From: Oscillospiraceae bacterium
GTDB lineage: Bacteria; Bacillota; Clostridia; Oscillospirales; CAG-272
Assembly (NCBI GenBank): GCA_015063325.1
Contig: SVUK01000006.1
Coordinates: 67,239 to 131,238 of the forward strand
DNA: 64,000 nt
Direction of reading: 5' to 3'
The notes under the pieces are model-generated. The model did not search any database. It was given only the letters and a program-made list of their open reading frames with translations, and was not told the DNA's origin. The position numbers and the translations under genes are program-made. How positions within the stretch are numbered: the first letter of the stretch is position 1; each line of letters starts with the position of its first letter. Shown here in pieces: positions 48,963 through 60,848 of the stretch.

Positions 48963-49964
48963 ATGTTTGGGGAACAAAAAGTATCCTTTTCCGGCGTTCA
49001 GCCGAGCGGCAATCTGACCATCGGCAACTATTTGGGCGCCATTCGCAATTTCAAGGAATACAGCGAGCAGTATAAAACCTTTTATTGCGTGGTAGACGAG
49101 CATGCGATTACCGTTCGGCAGGTGCCGGCGGATTTGCGCCGCCGGACCTATGAAACGCTTGCACTTTATCTTGCCTGCGGTCTGGATCCGCAAAAAAATA
49201 CGCTGTATGTGCAGTCCATGGTGCATGAACATGCCGAGCTTGGATGGATTCTGAATTGCTTTACCATGTTCGGCGAGCTTTCCAGAATGACGCAATTTAA
49301 GGATAAAAGCGCACGTCATGCGGATAATATCAATGCCGGATTGTTCACCTATCCTGTGCTGATGGCGGCGGATATTCTACTGTATCAAACCGACGTTGTC
49401 CCGGTGGGGATCGATCAGGTTCAGCACGTCGAACTTTGCCGCGATATTGCAAACCGTTTCAATCAAATTTATCCCGATACGTTCACGATCCCAACCGCCA
49501 TGCTTGCGAAAAACGGCAAAAAAATCATGTCGCTTGCGGATCCCGAAAAGAAAATGAGTAAATCGGACGAAAACCAGAACGCCGTCGTATATATTTTGGA
49601 TGATCGGGATACAATTATCCGTAAGTTCAAACGCGCGGTCACCGATTCGGGCAGTGAAATTCGTTTTGATCCGCAAAAGCCGGGCGTTAGTAACTTGATC
49701 ACAATTTATTCCTGCTTTACCGGAAAAAGCATTGAGGAGATTGAGCGCGAGTTTGAAGGAAAGGGCTACGGCGATTTCAAACTTGCCGTGGGAGAGGTCA
49801 CGGCAGACGCACTTGCCGATGTGCAAAGCCGCTATCGTGAATTTTTGAGCGACAAAGCACAGCTTGAAGCGCAAATGAAACGGGGAGCCGAGGAAGCCTC
49901 CTATTATGCGCGCCGCACACTTTCCAAAGTGCAAAAGAAGCTTGGATTCGTACAAATCCATTGA
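48963..49964 (+). CDS. trpS: Tryptophan--tRNA ligase
   Basis: SGVQPSGNLTIGNYLGAI (HIGH-region equivalent), the KMSKS motif, and VPVGIDQVQHVELCRDIANRFN. ATG at 48963 follows AAAGGAGA. Confidence 0.95.
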   Translation: MFGEQKVSFSGVQPSGNLTIGNYLGAIRNFKEYSEQYKTFYCVVDEHAITVRQVPADLRRRTYETLALYLACGLDPQKNTLYVQSMVHEHAELGWILNCFTMFGELSRMTQFKDKSARHADNINAGLFTYPVLMAADILLYQTDVVPVGIDQVQHVELCRDIANRFNQIYPDTFTIPTAMLAKNGKKIMSLADPEKKMSKSDENQNAVVYILDDRDTIIRKFKRAVTDSGSEIRFDPQKPGVSNLITIYSCFTGKSIEEIEREFEGKGYGDFKLAVGEVTADALADVQSRYREFLSDKAQLEAQMKRGAEEASYYARRTLSKVQKKLGFVQIH

Positions 49965-50060
49965 AATTGGCTTGCATTTATACAAAACCATTGAAAATGA
50001 ATCAGAAAAGCTACATCTTCGTTTTTCCCAATGGGAAGGACGGAATTGTAGCTTTTTTCT

Positions 50061-51083
50061 TTGGAGGTGGAGGGGGTGCAAATTCTTTTGTGGGTAATTG
50101 CTGCATGGGCGGCAACGGTTGCGCTTTTACCGATTGTCATCCGGTTTGCGTGGCGGATCGGCGCGCTGGATGTCCCGGGTGAAGCGCGCAGAATTCATCA
50201 AACAAGCGTACCGCGCGTCGGTGGGTTAGCTTTTTTTATTGTTTTCGTCGCCGTATCTTTCTTGTGCGGCGCTGTCAGCGGTTGGCTTCGCTTTGCAATC
50301 GCCGGCGCGGCAATTGTCTTCACCATTGGGTTTGCCGATGATCTTGTCGGACTTCCTGCGTGGCTCAAATTCTTTTTTCAGGCAGTTGCAGCGGCGTTCA
50401 GCGTGGGCGGAATGCAAAGCGGAACATGGATCGGCGCGTTTGCGGCTTTTTTTTGGATTCTGCTTTTAACAAATGCCCATAATTTGATTGACGGCATGGA
50501 CGGATTGTTCGCAGGAACCGCGATTGCAGAGAGTTTGGCACTTGCTATTTCCTATGTATTCCTCGGGCTTTCTCCTTTTCTTCCTCTTTTGTTGGCGGCA
50601 ACTTGCGCCGGATTTTACCATTACAATCGTTCCCCGGCGCGTATTTTCGCCGGCGATTGCGGATCCGGCAGCGTCGGATTCCTCTTGGGAACGCTTTCGA
50701 TACCGCTTTTTACGGGGCAGAGTTGGGGATTCAGTTTCCTTGCGCCGATTTTTATCATGGCATATCCGATTGCCGATGTTGCAACCACAATTCTGCGCCG
50801 CAGTATTCGTCGCCATCCGCTCTTCCTTGCTGATCGCGGACATTTACACCACTTGCTGTTTGATCTTGGATTATCAAGTCGGGTTGCCGGCAGAATTTTA
50901 ATTGGCGTCAGCGCGTCGTTTTCTATGCTCGGAGTGCTTTTCTTGCGCTTGGAATTCGCACCGTATGCGGCGGTTGTATGCCTGCTGTGTATTGCGGTTT
51001 TGCTTTTTGCGCGCCATGCGGTTATGGCTTGGTCGTGGCGCGGAAAAGTTGGAAAAAGAGTTGATTTTTATAGAAAAATATGA
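50061..51083 (+). CDS. Glycosyltransferase family 4 polyprenyl-phosphate sugar-1-phosphate transferase (WecA/TagO/MraY-like)
   Basis: About 10 TM helices, PRVGGLAFF, and NAHNLIDGMDGL. The start is uncertain: TTG 50061, or GTG 50076 after GGAGGTGGAGGG. Confidence 0.85.
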   Translation: MEVEGVQILLWVIAAWAATVALLPIVIRFAWRIGALDVPGEARRIHQTSVPRVGGLAFFIVFVAVSFLCGAVSGWLRFAIAGAAIVFTIGFADDLVGLPAWLKFFFQAVAAAFSVGGMQSGTWIGAFAAFFWILLLTNAHNLIDGMDGLFAGTAIAESLALAISYVFLGLSPFLPLLLAATCAGFYHYNRSPARIFAGDCGSGSVGFLLGTLSIPLFTGQSWGFSFLAPIFIMAYPIADVATTILRRSIRRHPLFLADRGHLHHLLFDLGLSSRVAGRILIGVSASFSMLGVLFLRLEFAPYAAVVCLLCIAVLLFARHAVMAWSWRGKVGKRVDFYRKI

Positions 51084-51096
51084 TAAAATAGTAATG

Positions 51097-51180
51097 TAAT
51101 AATATAACAGTAGCAATATATCGGTAGCAATATATCGGTAGCAATATATCGGTAGTAACGTATCGGTAATAATATAACAG
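51097..51180 (+). repeat. 14-bp tandem repeat in 6 units, bracketed by identical end units
   Basis: TAATAATATAACAG / TAGCAATATATCGG x3 (perfect) / TAGTAACGTATCGG / TAATAATATAACAG. The array ends 18 nt before the next start codon. Confidence 0.92.
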
Positions 51181-51197
51181 AAAAAGGAGATGGGAAA

Positions 51198-52850
51198 ATG
51201 CGCGCGTTAAGAAGAATCCTGCTCCTTTTTTGCGTTTTGGCAATTCTGCTTTCTTCGTTTACTTCCTGCACCGGAATTTTCCTGCTTTCCACCGCGCTTT
51301 TACAAAAAACAGAACAAATACCGGAGCAAAAAACGGAAATTCCGGCAAACGAAAAACTTGCCTATACGCTTAACGATTCCGATCGAAAGAGTTTTTTTAC
51401 TTGTTTGGACGAGCTGGAAAATCTGCTTTTGGAGAAGCGTTCGTCGGATGAAAAAAAGATTTCGGAGGCAAACGAGCGGCTGGAAGATTCTTACTACCAT
51501 ATTGCAACCCAAACCGAACTTGCCTACATCTACCACTGTCTGAATCAGGCGGATGCAGGGAAGAGCCAAGCGTATCTATATGCGCGTACCATGAGATCCG
51601 ACGTTTATGACGCATATCAAACGTTTTGCAAAAAGCTGGACGCTTCGGATGCTCCCGGTAAAAGCGTTTTCTTTGCCGATTGGAGCGAGGAAGATTTTGA
51701 GGAAATGCGCGGATATTCCGAGGAACATACTGCGCTGACGAACGCAAACGACCGGATCGAGGTCGAATATCGCGCTCTTTCTCAAGCCGAACGCACCGAA
51801 AAAGCGCCGGAGTTGTATCTGCAAATCATTCGGAACAACAATCGGCTTGCCGAACTTTACGGATATGAAAATTATGCCGATTACGCATATGAAAAAATTT
51901 ACGGACGAGATTATACACCCGATGATGCGTGCCAAATTCATTATTACGTTAAGACGATCCTGTTGCCCGCCTGCCAATCGGCGCTTGCAAAGTTTCAAGC
52001 AAAGGATTCCGAGCTGAATACCGAGGAACGGTGGGTCGTTCGTGCACTGTTAAAGGGAGAATACGACGGCGCATGGGAGTTGATGAGCGGCTATTTTTCC
52101 TCTTTTCCGGCAAAAGAGGAAAGGGATTTGAGAAGTTTATTTGATTCCGAGAACCATTTTATGACAAATTCACAATCTGCAGATGCCGGCGCGTTTACCA
52201 CTTATCTTTACGAGTACGAACAGCCGGTTTGCTATTTTGGACCGGGATATCACGACGGATATACGGTTATACACGAGCTGGGACATTATTTCAGCGCGCT
52301 CTCTTCGAAAGACGAATTTCGGCTGGACGTTGCCGAAACGCAGTCGCAGGCGAACGAATGGCTGTTCACAGCCTATTTGCAAAATGCCAATGTCAGCCGT
52401 GCGCTTGCCGAAACAATTCTGTATTACCAGCTTCGGTCTGCGTTGCAAACCATTGTTTTGGCGTCGCTGATCGATGAATTTGAGCAAAGTATCTATCAGA
52501 ATCCGCCCGAAAGCGCAGAGGAGATCGACCTGCGCATGAAAGCGGTTTGCGAAAGCTATGGGGGCATTGAATGGTTCAAAAAGCAATTTGCCGATCCCAT
52601 GCTCTATTGGAGGAGCGTGGTGTTGGAAAACCCTTGCTACTATATCAGTTATGCGTTTTCCATGTTGGTATCCATCAGCTTTTATGAATTGGCAGCAAAC
52701 GATTATGCGGCGGCGCAAAGCGCGTATATCGACCTTGCAGCATTGCAGCTGGAAGAGGGAACAACCTATTGTCAATGGTTGGAAATCCAAACTATGGATA
52801 CTCCGTTTGAAGAGTCCTATTATCAAACCATTGCTGCACTTGCCGCCTGA
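51198..52850 (+). CDS. Predicted lipoprotein with an M3 (oligoendopeptidase F-like) HExxH zinc-peptidase domain
   Basis: Lipobox LLSSFTSC after MRALRRILLLFCVLAI. TVIHELGHYF plus downstream AETQSQANEW (third ligand Glu) fit the M3B pattern. Confidence 0.72.
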   Translation: MRALRRILLLFCVLAILLSSFTSCTGIFLLSTALLQKTEQIPEQKTEIPANEKLAYTLNDSDRKSFFTCLDELENLLLEKRSSDEKKISEANERLEDSYYHIATQTELAYIYHCLNQADAGKSQAYLYARTMRSDVYDAYQTFCKKLDASDAPGKSVFFADWSEEDFEEMRGYSEEHTALTNANDRIEVEYRALSQAERTEKAPELYLQIIRNNNRLAELYGYENYADYAYEKIYGRDYTPDDACQIHYYVKTILLPACQSALAKFQAKDSELNTEERWVVRALLKGEYDGAWELMSGYFSSFPAKEERDLRSLFDSENHFMTNSQSADAGAFTTYLYEYEQPVCYFGPGYHDGYTVIHELGHYFSALSSKDEFRLDVAETQSQANEWLFTAYLQNANVSRALAETILYYQLRSALQTIVLASLIDEFEQSIYQNPPESAEEIDLRMKAVCESYGGIEWFKKQFADPMLYWRSVVLENPCYYISYAFSMLVSISFYELAANDYAAAQSAYIDLAALQLEEGTTYCQWLEIQTMDTPFEESYYQTIAALAA

Positions 52851-52869
52851 AAAGGAGAAAGGAGAAGCC

Positions 52870-53632
52870 GTGTATCCCGATAAACTTTTTTGGAATTTAG
52901 ACCTCTATACCATTTTTCTCGGCGTCGGTTTTTTTGCCGCAGTTGTTCTTTTCCGCATTTTAGCCGATCGAGCCAAACTACCTGCAAAGGTGCAGAATCT
53001 TTGTCTGGGCGCCGGCGTTGCGTCCATGGTGGGGGGATATCTTTTTGCCGTCCTGTTTCAAGGAATCTATAATGCCGCCGCAACCGGAATTTTTTCGATT
53101 TCCGGTGAGACGGGAGCCACCTTTTACGGCGGATTGATCGGCGGTGTGGTAACTTTCCTTGCCGTTTATCTGATCGTGGGAAGATGGACGATTCCGGGAA
53201 AGGGAGAAGCCGGAAAACAGCTTTCGCAGGTACTGAATCTCGGAGTTTGCTCGGTGGTCATCGCCCATGCGTTCGGCAGGATCGGTTGTCTGTTTGCCGG
53301 ATGCTGTCACGGAGCGATTACTTCCGCGTGGTACGGCGTTTGGAATGCACACCTTGGCGCAAAAACGGTGCCAACACAACTGTTTGAGGCGTTGTTTCTG
53401 TTTGCACTCTGCACTTTTTTGTGTATCATGGCATTGCACGCAAAGAAATGTCTGAATCTGTCTTTGTATTTGATCTTATATGGAATTTGGCGTTTCGGAA
53501 TTGAATTTTTCCGAGCCGACGAACGCGGTAAAACGCTGATTCCGTGGTTGACGCCTTCGCAATTCATTGCAGTTGTTTTTGTCGTTTTCGGTATTGTGTT
53601 GTTTGTTTGGACCCTTCGGAGAAAACCGAAAA

Positions 53633-53649
<17 letters not shown>
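52870..53649 (+). CDS. lgt: Prolipoprotein diacylglyceryl transferase
   Basis: HAFGRIGCLFAGCCHG, VPTQLFEA, GIWRFGIEFFRAD. GTG at 52870 follows AAAGGAGAAAGGAGAA. The track start at 52558 overlaps the upstream gene. Confidence 0.9.
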
Positions 53650-56429
<2,780 letters not shown>

Positions 56430-56433
56430 AACA

Positions 56434-56469
56434 AAAAAAGAAGGGAGCCGCGGCTCTCTTCTTTTTTTG
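56434..56469. terminator. Bidirectional terminator
   Basis: aaaaaaAGAAGGGAGCCgcGGCTCTCTTCTtttttt. Confidence 0.8.
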
Positions 56470-56487
56470 TTTCGTTTTTATTTCATG

Positions 56488-56907
56488 TCAGGAAGCGGCT
56501 TTAATCCCTGCGGCTGTGCCCCAGTAAATCATTTTGCCGGATTTTTTCACCTGCCAGTCGGAGTTTTGATCTTTGTTTTGCTCATTGGCATATTCTCTCA
56601 TTTTGTCCCAAGCGTTGTTCGCGTCCTCGCTTGTGGCAAAGTAAACGATCCCGACTGATTCGACCTTTCTGTTTCCGTCCTGATCTTTCACAACCTTCGA
56701 ACCGGAAACCACAGTGTCTATGTTTTTGCCGGTCAGGAGTTTGAGCGTTGCCGGAATGATGGTCGTATCCTGCACGGCTTCATATCCGTTTTTCTTCAGG
56801 GCGTCAACCGCTTTGTCCGGATCACTTTTAGGAGCGCAGGCAACCATTGCAAGCGCAAGCAAAATTGCAGAAAGGACACTGGCAAGAATTTTCACCGTTT
56901 TTTTCAT
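56488..56907 (-). CDS. Small predicted lipoprotein, function unknown (139 aa)
   Basis: MKKTVKILASVLSAILLALAMVAC lipobox. AAGGAGA SD lies before the ATG at 56907. Confidence 0.7.
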   Translation of the reverse strand: MKKTVKILASVLSAILLALAMVACAPKSDPDKAVDALKKNGYEAVQDTTIIPATLKLLTGKNIDTVVSGSKVVKDQDGNRKVESVGIVYFATSEDANNAWDKMREYANEQNKDQNSDWQVKKSGKMIYWGTAAGIKAAS

Positions 56908-57015
56908 GTTTATCTCCTTTTCAAAATGGTATTTCTGATGATTCTATTATAGACCATTTTGAGTGGAAATTCAAGCGGTTCGGAAAAAAAGAGTGATAGA
57001 TAAAAGCAGCTTTTG

Positions 57016-57044
57016 GTATAATGCAGGGAAAATCGTGCAGAATA
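57016..57044 (+). promoter_or_regulatory. Candidate forespore (sigma-G/sigma-F-like) promoter upstream of spoVAD
   Basis: GTATA (57016-57020), 17-nt spacer, CAGAATA (57038-57044). It only loosely fits GHATR-N17/18-CATNHTA. An overlapping TGgTATAAT could instead be a sigma-A extended -10. Confidence 0.3.
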
Positions 57045-57074
57045 AAGAAAAAAGAGGAAGGCGGAAAACGAACA

Positions 57075-58088
57075 ATGGCTCAAGGAATCATTCGCCTGCA
57101 GGCAAAGATTTGCGCATGGGCAACGGCGGTTGGCAAAAAAGAATCGGAAGGACCGCTCGGCAGTTGCTTTGATTTGAAAGACCCGACCGATCAATTCGGG
57201 CAAAAGACTTGGGAAGCGGCGGAAAGCGAAATGCAGCGCCGCACGCTTGCGCTGGCAATTCAGCGCAGGGAGCTCAAAGCGGAGGAAATCGACTTTTTGT
57301 TTGCCGGCGACCTGCTCAATCAGTGCGTCGCTTCGGCATACGGGCTTTTGGAGTATCCGATTCCGTATTGCGGCATTTACGGCGCCTGTTCCACCTCTGC
57401 CGAGGGGTTGTTGCTTGCCGGTATCGCCGTCAGTGGGGGCATGGCAAATTGGGCGAGCGTTGTCACTTCTTCGCATAATTCTGCCGCCGAGCGGCAATAC
57501 CGAACGCCGCTGGAATACGGCGCACAGCGCAGTCCGACCGCCCAATGGACGGTGACGGGCGCCGGGGCGTTTTTGGTTGGAAAAGAGAGGGAGGAAGGCG
57601 TTTCGATTTCGCGTGGAATGGTTGGGATCCCAAGGGATAGCGGCGTCAAGGATACCGCCAATATGGGAGGTGCCATGGCGATTGCGGCGGCAGATACGCT
57701 CAAACGCTTTTTTGATGCTTCCGGCGCGTCTCCGGCAGATTATGACCGCATCATATCCGGCGATCTCGGCTATGAGGGCGGCAGCATTCTTTGCGATTTG
57801 ATGAAGTCGGAGGGAATTGACATTCAAGAGCAGTATTCCGATTGTGGGCAACTCATTTTCGACCGCGAACGTCAGGATGTTCATTCCGGCGGCTCGGGGT
57901 GCGGTTGCGCGGCGGTCACTCTCGGGGGATATTTGCTTCCTCGCCTTTGGGACGGCATTGAAAAAAAGATATTATTCTTGCCAACCGGCGCCCTGATGAG
58001 TCCGGATAGTATCAAACAGGGAAGAACCATTCCGGCTGTTGCACATCTTGTGGAACTGGAAAGCAGAACCCCAAGGGAAAACGAATAG
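57075..58088 (+). CDS. spoVAD: Stage V sporulation protein AD
   Basis: Thiolase-fold SpoVAD pattern: AVGKKESEGPLGSCFD, AGDLLNQC, YGACST, and C-terminal SGGSGCGC. Confidence 0.9.
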   Translation: MAQGIIRLQAKICAWATAVGKKESEGPLGSCFDLKDPTDQFGQKTWEAAESEMQRRTLALAIQRRELKAEEIDFLFAGDLLNQCVASAYGLLEYPIPYCGIYGACSTSAEGLLLAGIAVSGGMANWASVVTSSHNSAAERQYRTPLEYGAQRSPTAQWTVTGAGAFLVGKEREEGVSISRGMVGIPRDSGVKDTANMGGAMAIAAADTLKRFFDASGASPADYDRIISGDLGYEGGSILCDLMKSEGIDIQEQYSDCGQLIFDRERQDVHSGGSGCGCAAVTLGGYLLPRLWDGIEKKILFLPTGALMSPDSIKQGRTIPAVAHLVELESRTPRENE

Positions 58089-58101
58089 AAAGGAAGAAGA
58101 G

Positions 58102-58470
58102 ATGGATATTTTCATTGCCTGCTTGCGCGCCTTTCTCATCGGCGGCGCATTCTGCGTCATCGCGCAAATTTTGATTGATAAAACAAATTTGACCCCGGCG
58201 CGAATTTTGGTCATTTACGTGGTTGCCGGCGTCATCCTCGGCGCTGTCGGCGTTTATCAAACGCTTGTGGAATTTGCCGGAGCCGGCGCTACCGTACCGT
58301 TGACGGGATTTGGATTTCTCATTTCCAAAGGGGTCAAGCAAGCCGTCGAGGAGCAGGGAGTACTCGGGGCGTTGACCGGCGCGCTCGCAACAACCTCGGG
58401 GGGCATCTCCGCGGCGCTGATCTTCGGATATCTTGCCTGCTTGTGTTTCCGAGGAAAACCAAAAGCATAA
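58102..58470 (+). CDS. spoVAE: Stage V sporulation protein AE (SpoVAEB-type small membrane protein)
   Basis: AFLIGGAFCVIAQILIDKTNLTPARILVIYVVAGVILGAVGVYQTLVEFAGAGATVPLTGFG. Confidence 0.85.
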   Translation: MDIFIACLRAFLIGGAFCVIAQILIDKTNLTPARILVIYVVAGVILGAVGVYQTLVEFAGAGATVPLTGFGFLISKGVKQAVEEQGVLGALTGALATTSGGISAALIFGYLACLCFRGKPKA

Positions 58471-58540
58471 AAGCATAAAAGCATAAAAGCATAAAAGCAT
58501 AAAAGCATAAAAGCATAAAAGCATAAAAGCATAAAAGCAT
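58461..58540 (+). repeat. Perfect 8-bp tandem repeat (AAAAGCAT) in 10 copies, beginning inside the last codons of spoVAE
   Basis: Ten uninterrupted AAAAGCAT units, counted directly. The spoVAE stop TAA (58468-58470) spans the junction of units 1 and 2. Confidence 0.97.
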
Positions 58541-58548
58541 AAAAAGGA

Positions 58549-58588
58549 AACGGTGTATGCAAATCGGCGCATACACCGTTTTCATTTT
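58549..58588. terminator. Bidirectional terminator between spoVAE and the convergent gene
   Basis: AACGGTGTATGCaaatcggcGCATACACCGTTttcatttt, preceded by aaaaagg. Confidence 0.8.
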
Positions 58589-59241
58589 CCAAACAAATCT
58601 TTCGGATCAATCAGCGAGTGCCCGCAGTTTTCGCAACGGGTCGGAGTTGGATAAAAATGACCGCAAACAGCGCAAAGATAGGATTTTTGAGGATTGGAAA
58701 CAACATCTCCGGTGGAATCCTCGTCGGCTCTCCATTTCTGACGGGGCGGCGCGGTCATGCGCGAAGGATCGGCAATTGGGAAAGGTAAACCGGAAAAATA
58801 TCGAATATAGTTTCCCTCGTGGTAGTAAAAATAGAATCCTTGCTTTTGCTCAAATTTAAGCTTGCGGAGCTTTCCGTCCGGCGTTTGGATTCGAAGAACC
58901 GTGTTCAGGCGGAATTGGTAGGCGGCGGAAACGTTTGCGCCTGCGGCGGCGGAATAGGAATGCGAAAGGGAAGAGCGAACAATTTCTCCCTCAAAGGAGC
59001 GGTCCAAAAAAAGGGAGGGGATCCGAAACAAAAAGAAACCAATCACAACCGCGCCGGCAATCCAAACCCAAAGCCGCCAGCCGACAAGCCGAGGAATGAT
59101 CGAAAAACGGTGCGTCCGGTTGAAATAGAGCGCGGCAAGAGCAAAAAAAGCAGTCCAAAGGAATAAAAGCAAAAAGCGAAGGGCGCGGCGACGGCGAACA
59201 TAGCGCAAAAGATCAGCGTTTCGATTCGGCAAACGAACCAT
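58582..59241 (-). CDS. Membrane protein (2 TM) with a C-terminal CxxC...CxxC zinc-ribbon; function unknown
   Basis: RFLLLFLWTAFFALAALYF and LWVWIAGAVVIGFFLF are hydrophobic segments. The C-terminus reads CAVCGHFYPTPTRCENCGH. AGGAGG SD lies before the ATG at 59241. Confidence 0.65.
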   Translation of the reverse strand: MVRLPNRNADLLRYVRRRRALRFLLLFLWTAFFALAALYFNRTHRFSIIPRLVGWRLWVWIAGAVVIGFFLFRIPSLFLDRSFEGEIVRSSLSHSYSAAAGANVSAAYQFRLNTVLRIQTPDGKLRKLKFEQKQGFYFYYHEGNYIRYFSGLPFPIADPSRMTAPPRQKWRADEDSTGDVVSNPQKSYLCAVCGHFYPTPTRCENCGHSLIDPKDLFGK

Positions 59242-59368
59242 ATCGCACTCCTCCTTTTCCTTGAATTGCTTTTATTCTATCATAGAACGGAAAGAAAATC
59301 AAGAAAAATAAAAAAATTGCAAACCGATTTGTAAATATATGCGAAAAAACAAACCAAGTGAAAAATGC

Positions 59369-59397
59369 TTGACTTTTTTTTTGAAATATGATAGAAT
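59369..59397 (+). promoter_or_regulatory. Extended -10 sigma-A-type promoter for glyA
   Basis: TTGACT (59369-59374), 17-nt spacer containing TGa, TAGAAT (59392-59397). Confidence 0.6.
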
Positions 59398-59435
59398 AAG
59401 AAAAACAAATTGCAAACAGTACGGAGGACAGAAAA

Positions 59436-60674
59436 ATGTATTTTTTTGACGAACTTGCAAATTTTGATCCCGAGGTTGCCGCCGCGTGTTCCGAGGAACT
59501 TGCCCGGCAGAGAAGAAATATCGAGCTGATCGCCTCCGAAAACATCGTTTCCAAGGCCGTTTTGCTGGCGGCAGGAACTGTGCTGACCAATAAATATGCC
59601 GAGGGATTCCCCGGGAAACGCTACTACGGCGGCTGCCAGTGCGTGGACGTCGTCGAAAACATCGCCCGTGATCGTGCCAAGGCGCTCTTTGGCGCAGAGC
59701 ATGCGAACGTACAGCCGCACTGCGGCGCTTCGGCAAACCTTGCCGTTTTCTATGCCTTTCTGCAACCGGGAGATACCGTTATGGGCATGAACCTCGCCCA
59801 CGGCGGACACCTTTCCCACGGCTCCCCCGTCAACATTTCGGGCAAATACTTCAACGTCGTGCCCTACAGCCTCTCGCCTGAAACCGAAATGCTGGATTAC
59901 GACGAAATCCGCCGCATCGCACGCGAATGCAAACCCAAACTCATCGTGGCAGGCGCCAGCGCCTATTCGCGCGTCATTGATTTTGCTAAATTCCGCGAGA
60001 TTGCCGATGAAGTCGGCGCAATTCTCATGGTCGACATGGCGCATATCGCAGGACTTGTCGCCGCAGGTGTTCATCCGAGCCCCGTACCTTATGCCGACGT
60101 CGTCACAACCACCACGCATAAAACCCTGCGCGGACCGCGCGGCGGACTTATCCTTTGCAAGGAACAGTATGCCCAGCAGATCGACAAAGCAGTCTTCCCG
60201 GGCACACAAGGGGGACCGCTGGAGCATATCATTGCCGCAAAAGCCGTCGCTTTCGGCGAGGCGATGACCGAGGACTTTAAAAATTACCAAAAGCAGATCG
60301 TCAAAAACGCAAAGGTACTCTGCGAGGCACTGCAAAAAGAGGGCTTCCGCATCGTTTCGGGCGGCACCGATAACCACCTTATGCTCATCGACCTGCGTCC
60401 CTTCGGCGTGACCGGCAAGGAGATGGAGAAGCGGCTTGACGAGGTGCATATCACCGTCAATAAGAACGCCATCCCCAACGATCCCGAAAAGCCGTTCGTC
60501 ACCAGCGGCATCCGCGTCGGAACCCCGGCGGTCACCACGCGCGGTTTCGGTGAAGCCGAAATGCAAATGATTGCAAAATGGATGAAGGCAGTTGCTACCG
60601 ATTTTGAAGCTTCGCGCGAGACCATCCTCTCCGAGGTCGATGCCCTCTGCAAACAATACCCGATTTACGAATAA
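59436..60674 (+). CDS. glyA: Serine hydroxymethyltransferase
   Basis: [42 protein letters not shown] (PLP Lys). Confidence 0.97.
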   Translation: MYFFDELANFDPEVAAACSEELARQRRNIELIASENIVSKAVLLAAGTVLTNKYAEGFPGKRYYGGCQCVDVVENIARDRAKALFGAEHANVQPHCGASANLAVFYAFLQPGDTVMGMNLAHGGHLSHGSPVNISGKYFNVVPYSLSPETEMLDYDEIRRIARECKPKLIVAGASAYSRVIDFAKFREIADEVGAILMVDMAHIAGLVAAGVHPSPVPYADVVTTTTHKTLRGPRGGLILCKEQYAQQIDKAVFPGTQGGPLEHIIAAKAVAFGEAMTEDFKNYQKQIVKNAKVLCEALQKEGFRIVSGGTDNHLMLIDLRPFGVTGKEMEKRLDEVHITVNKNAIPNDPEKPFVTSGIRVGTPAVTTRGFGEAEMQMIAKWMKAVATDFEASRETILSEVDALCKQYPIYE

Positions 60675-60713
60675 TTTGAAAAAATACGAAGCATAAGAAA
60701 AATAGCGAAAAAA

Positions 60714-60755
60714 GCGAGCCGGCAACGGGAACTTCCCATTGCCGGCTCGCTTTCT
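60714..60755 (+). terminator. Rho-independent terminator after glyA
   Basis: GCGAGCCGGCAAcgggaacttcccaTTGCCGGCTCGCtttct. Confidence 0.8.
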
Positions 60756-60812
60756 CAATCTCTTTTATCAATCGAAAAAGCAAAAAAATCGAAAAATTTT
60801 TTCAAAAACCCC

Positions 60813-60841
60813 TTGCAATTTTGAAATCAATGGTTTATAAT
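60813..60841 (+). promoter_or_regulatory. Sigma-A-type promoter of the dcw cluster (Pmra)
   Basis: TTGCAA (60813-60818), 17-nt spacer, TATAAT (60836-60841). Confidence 0.65.
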
Positions 60842-60848
60842 ATAGTCA

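Noticed and set aside
56910-60758. Minus-strand ORFs 56910-57884 (324 aa) and 59280-60758 (492 aa), plus ORF 58012-58572 reading FYAFMLLC repeats
   Set aside because: The first two are antisense to spoVAD and glyA. The third is simply the translation of the 8-bp tandem repeat on the opposite strand.
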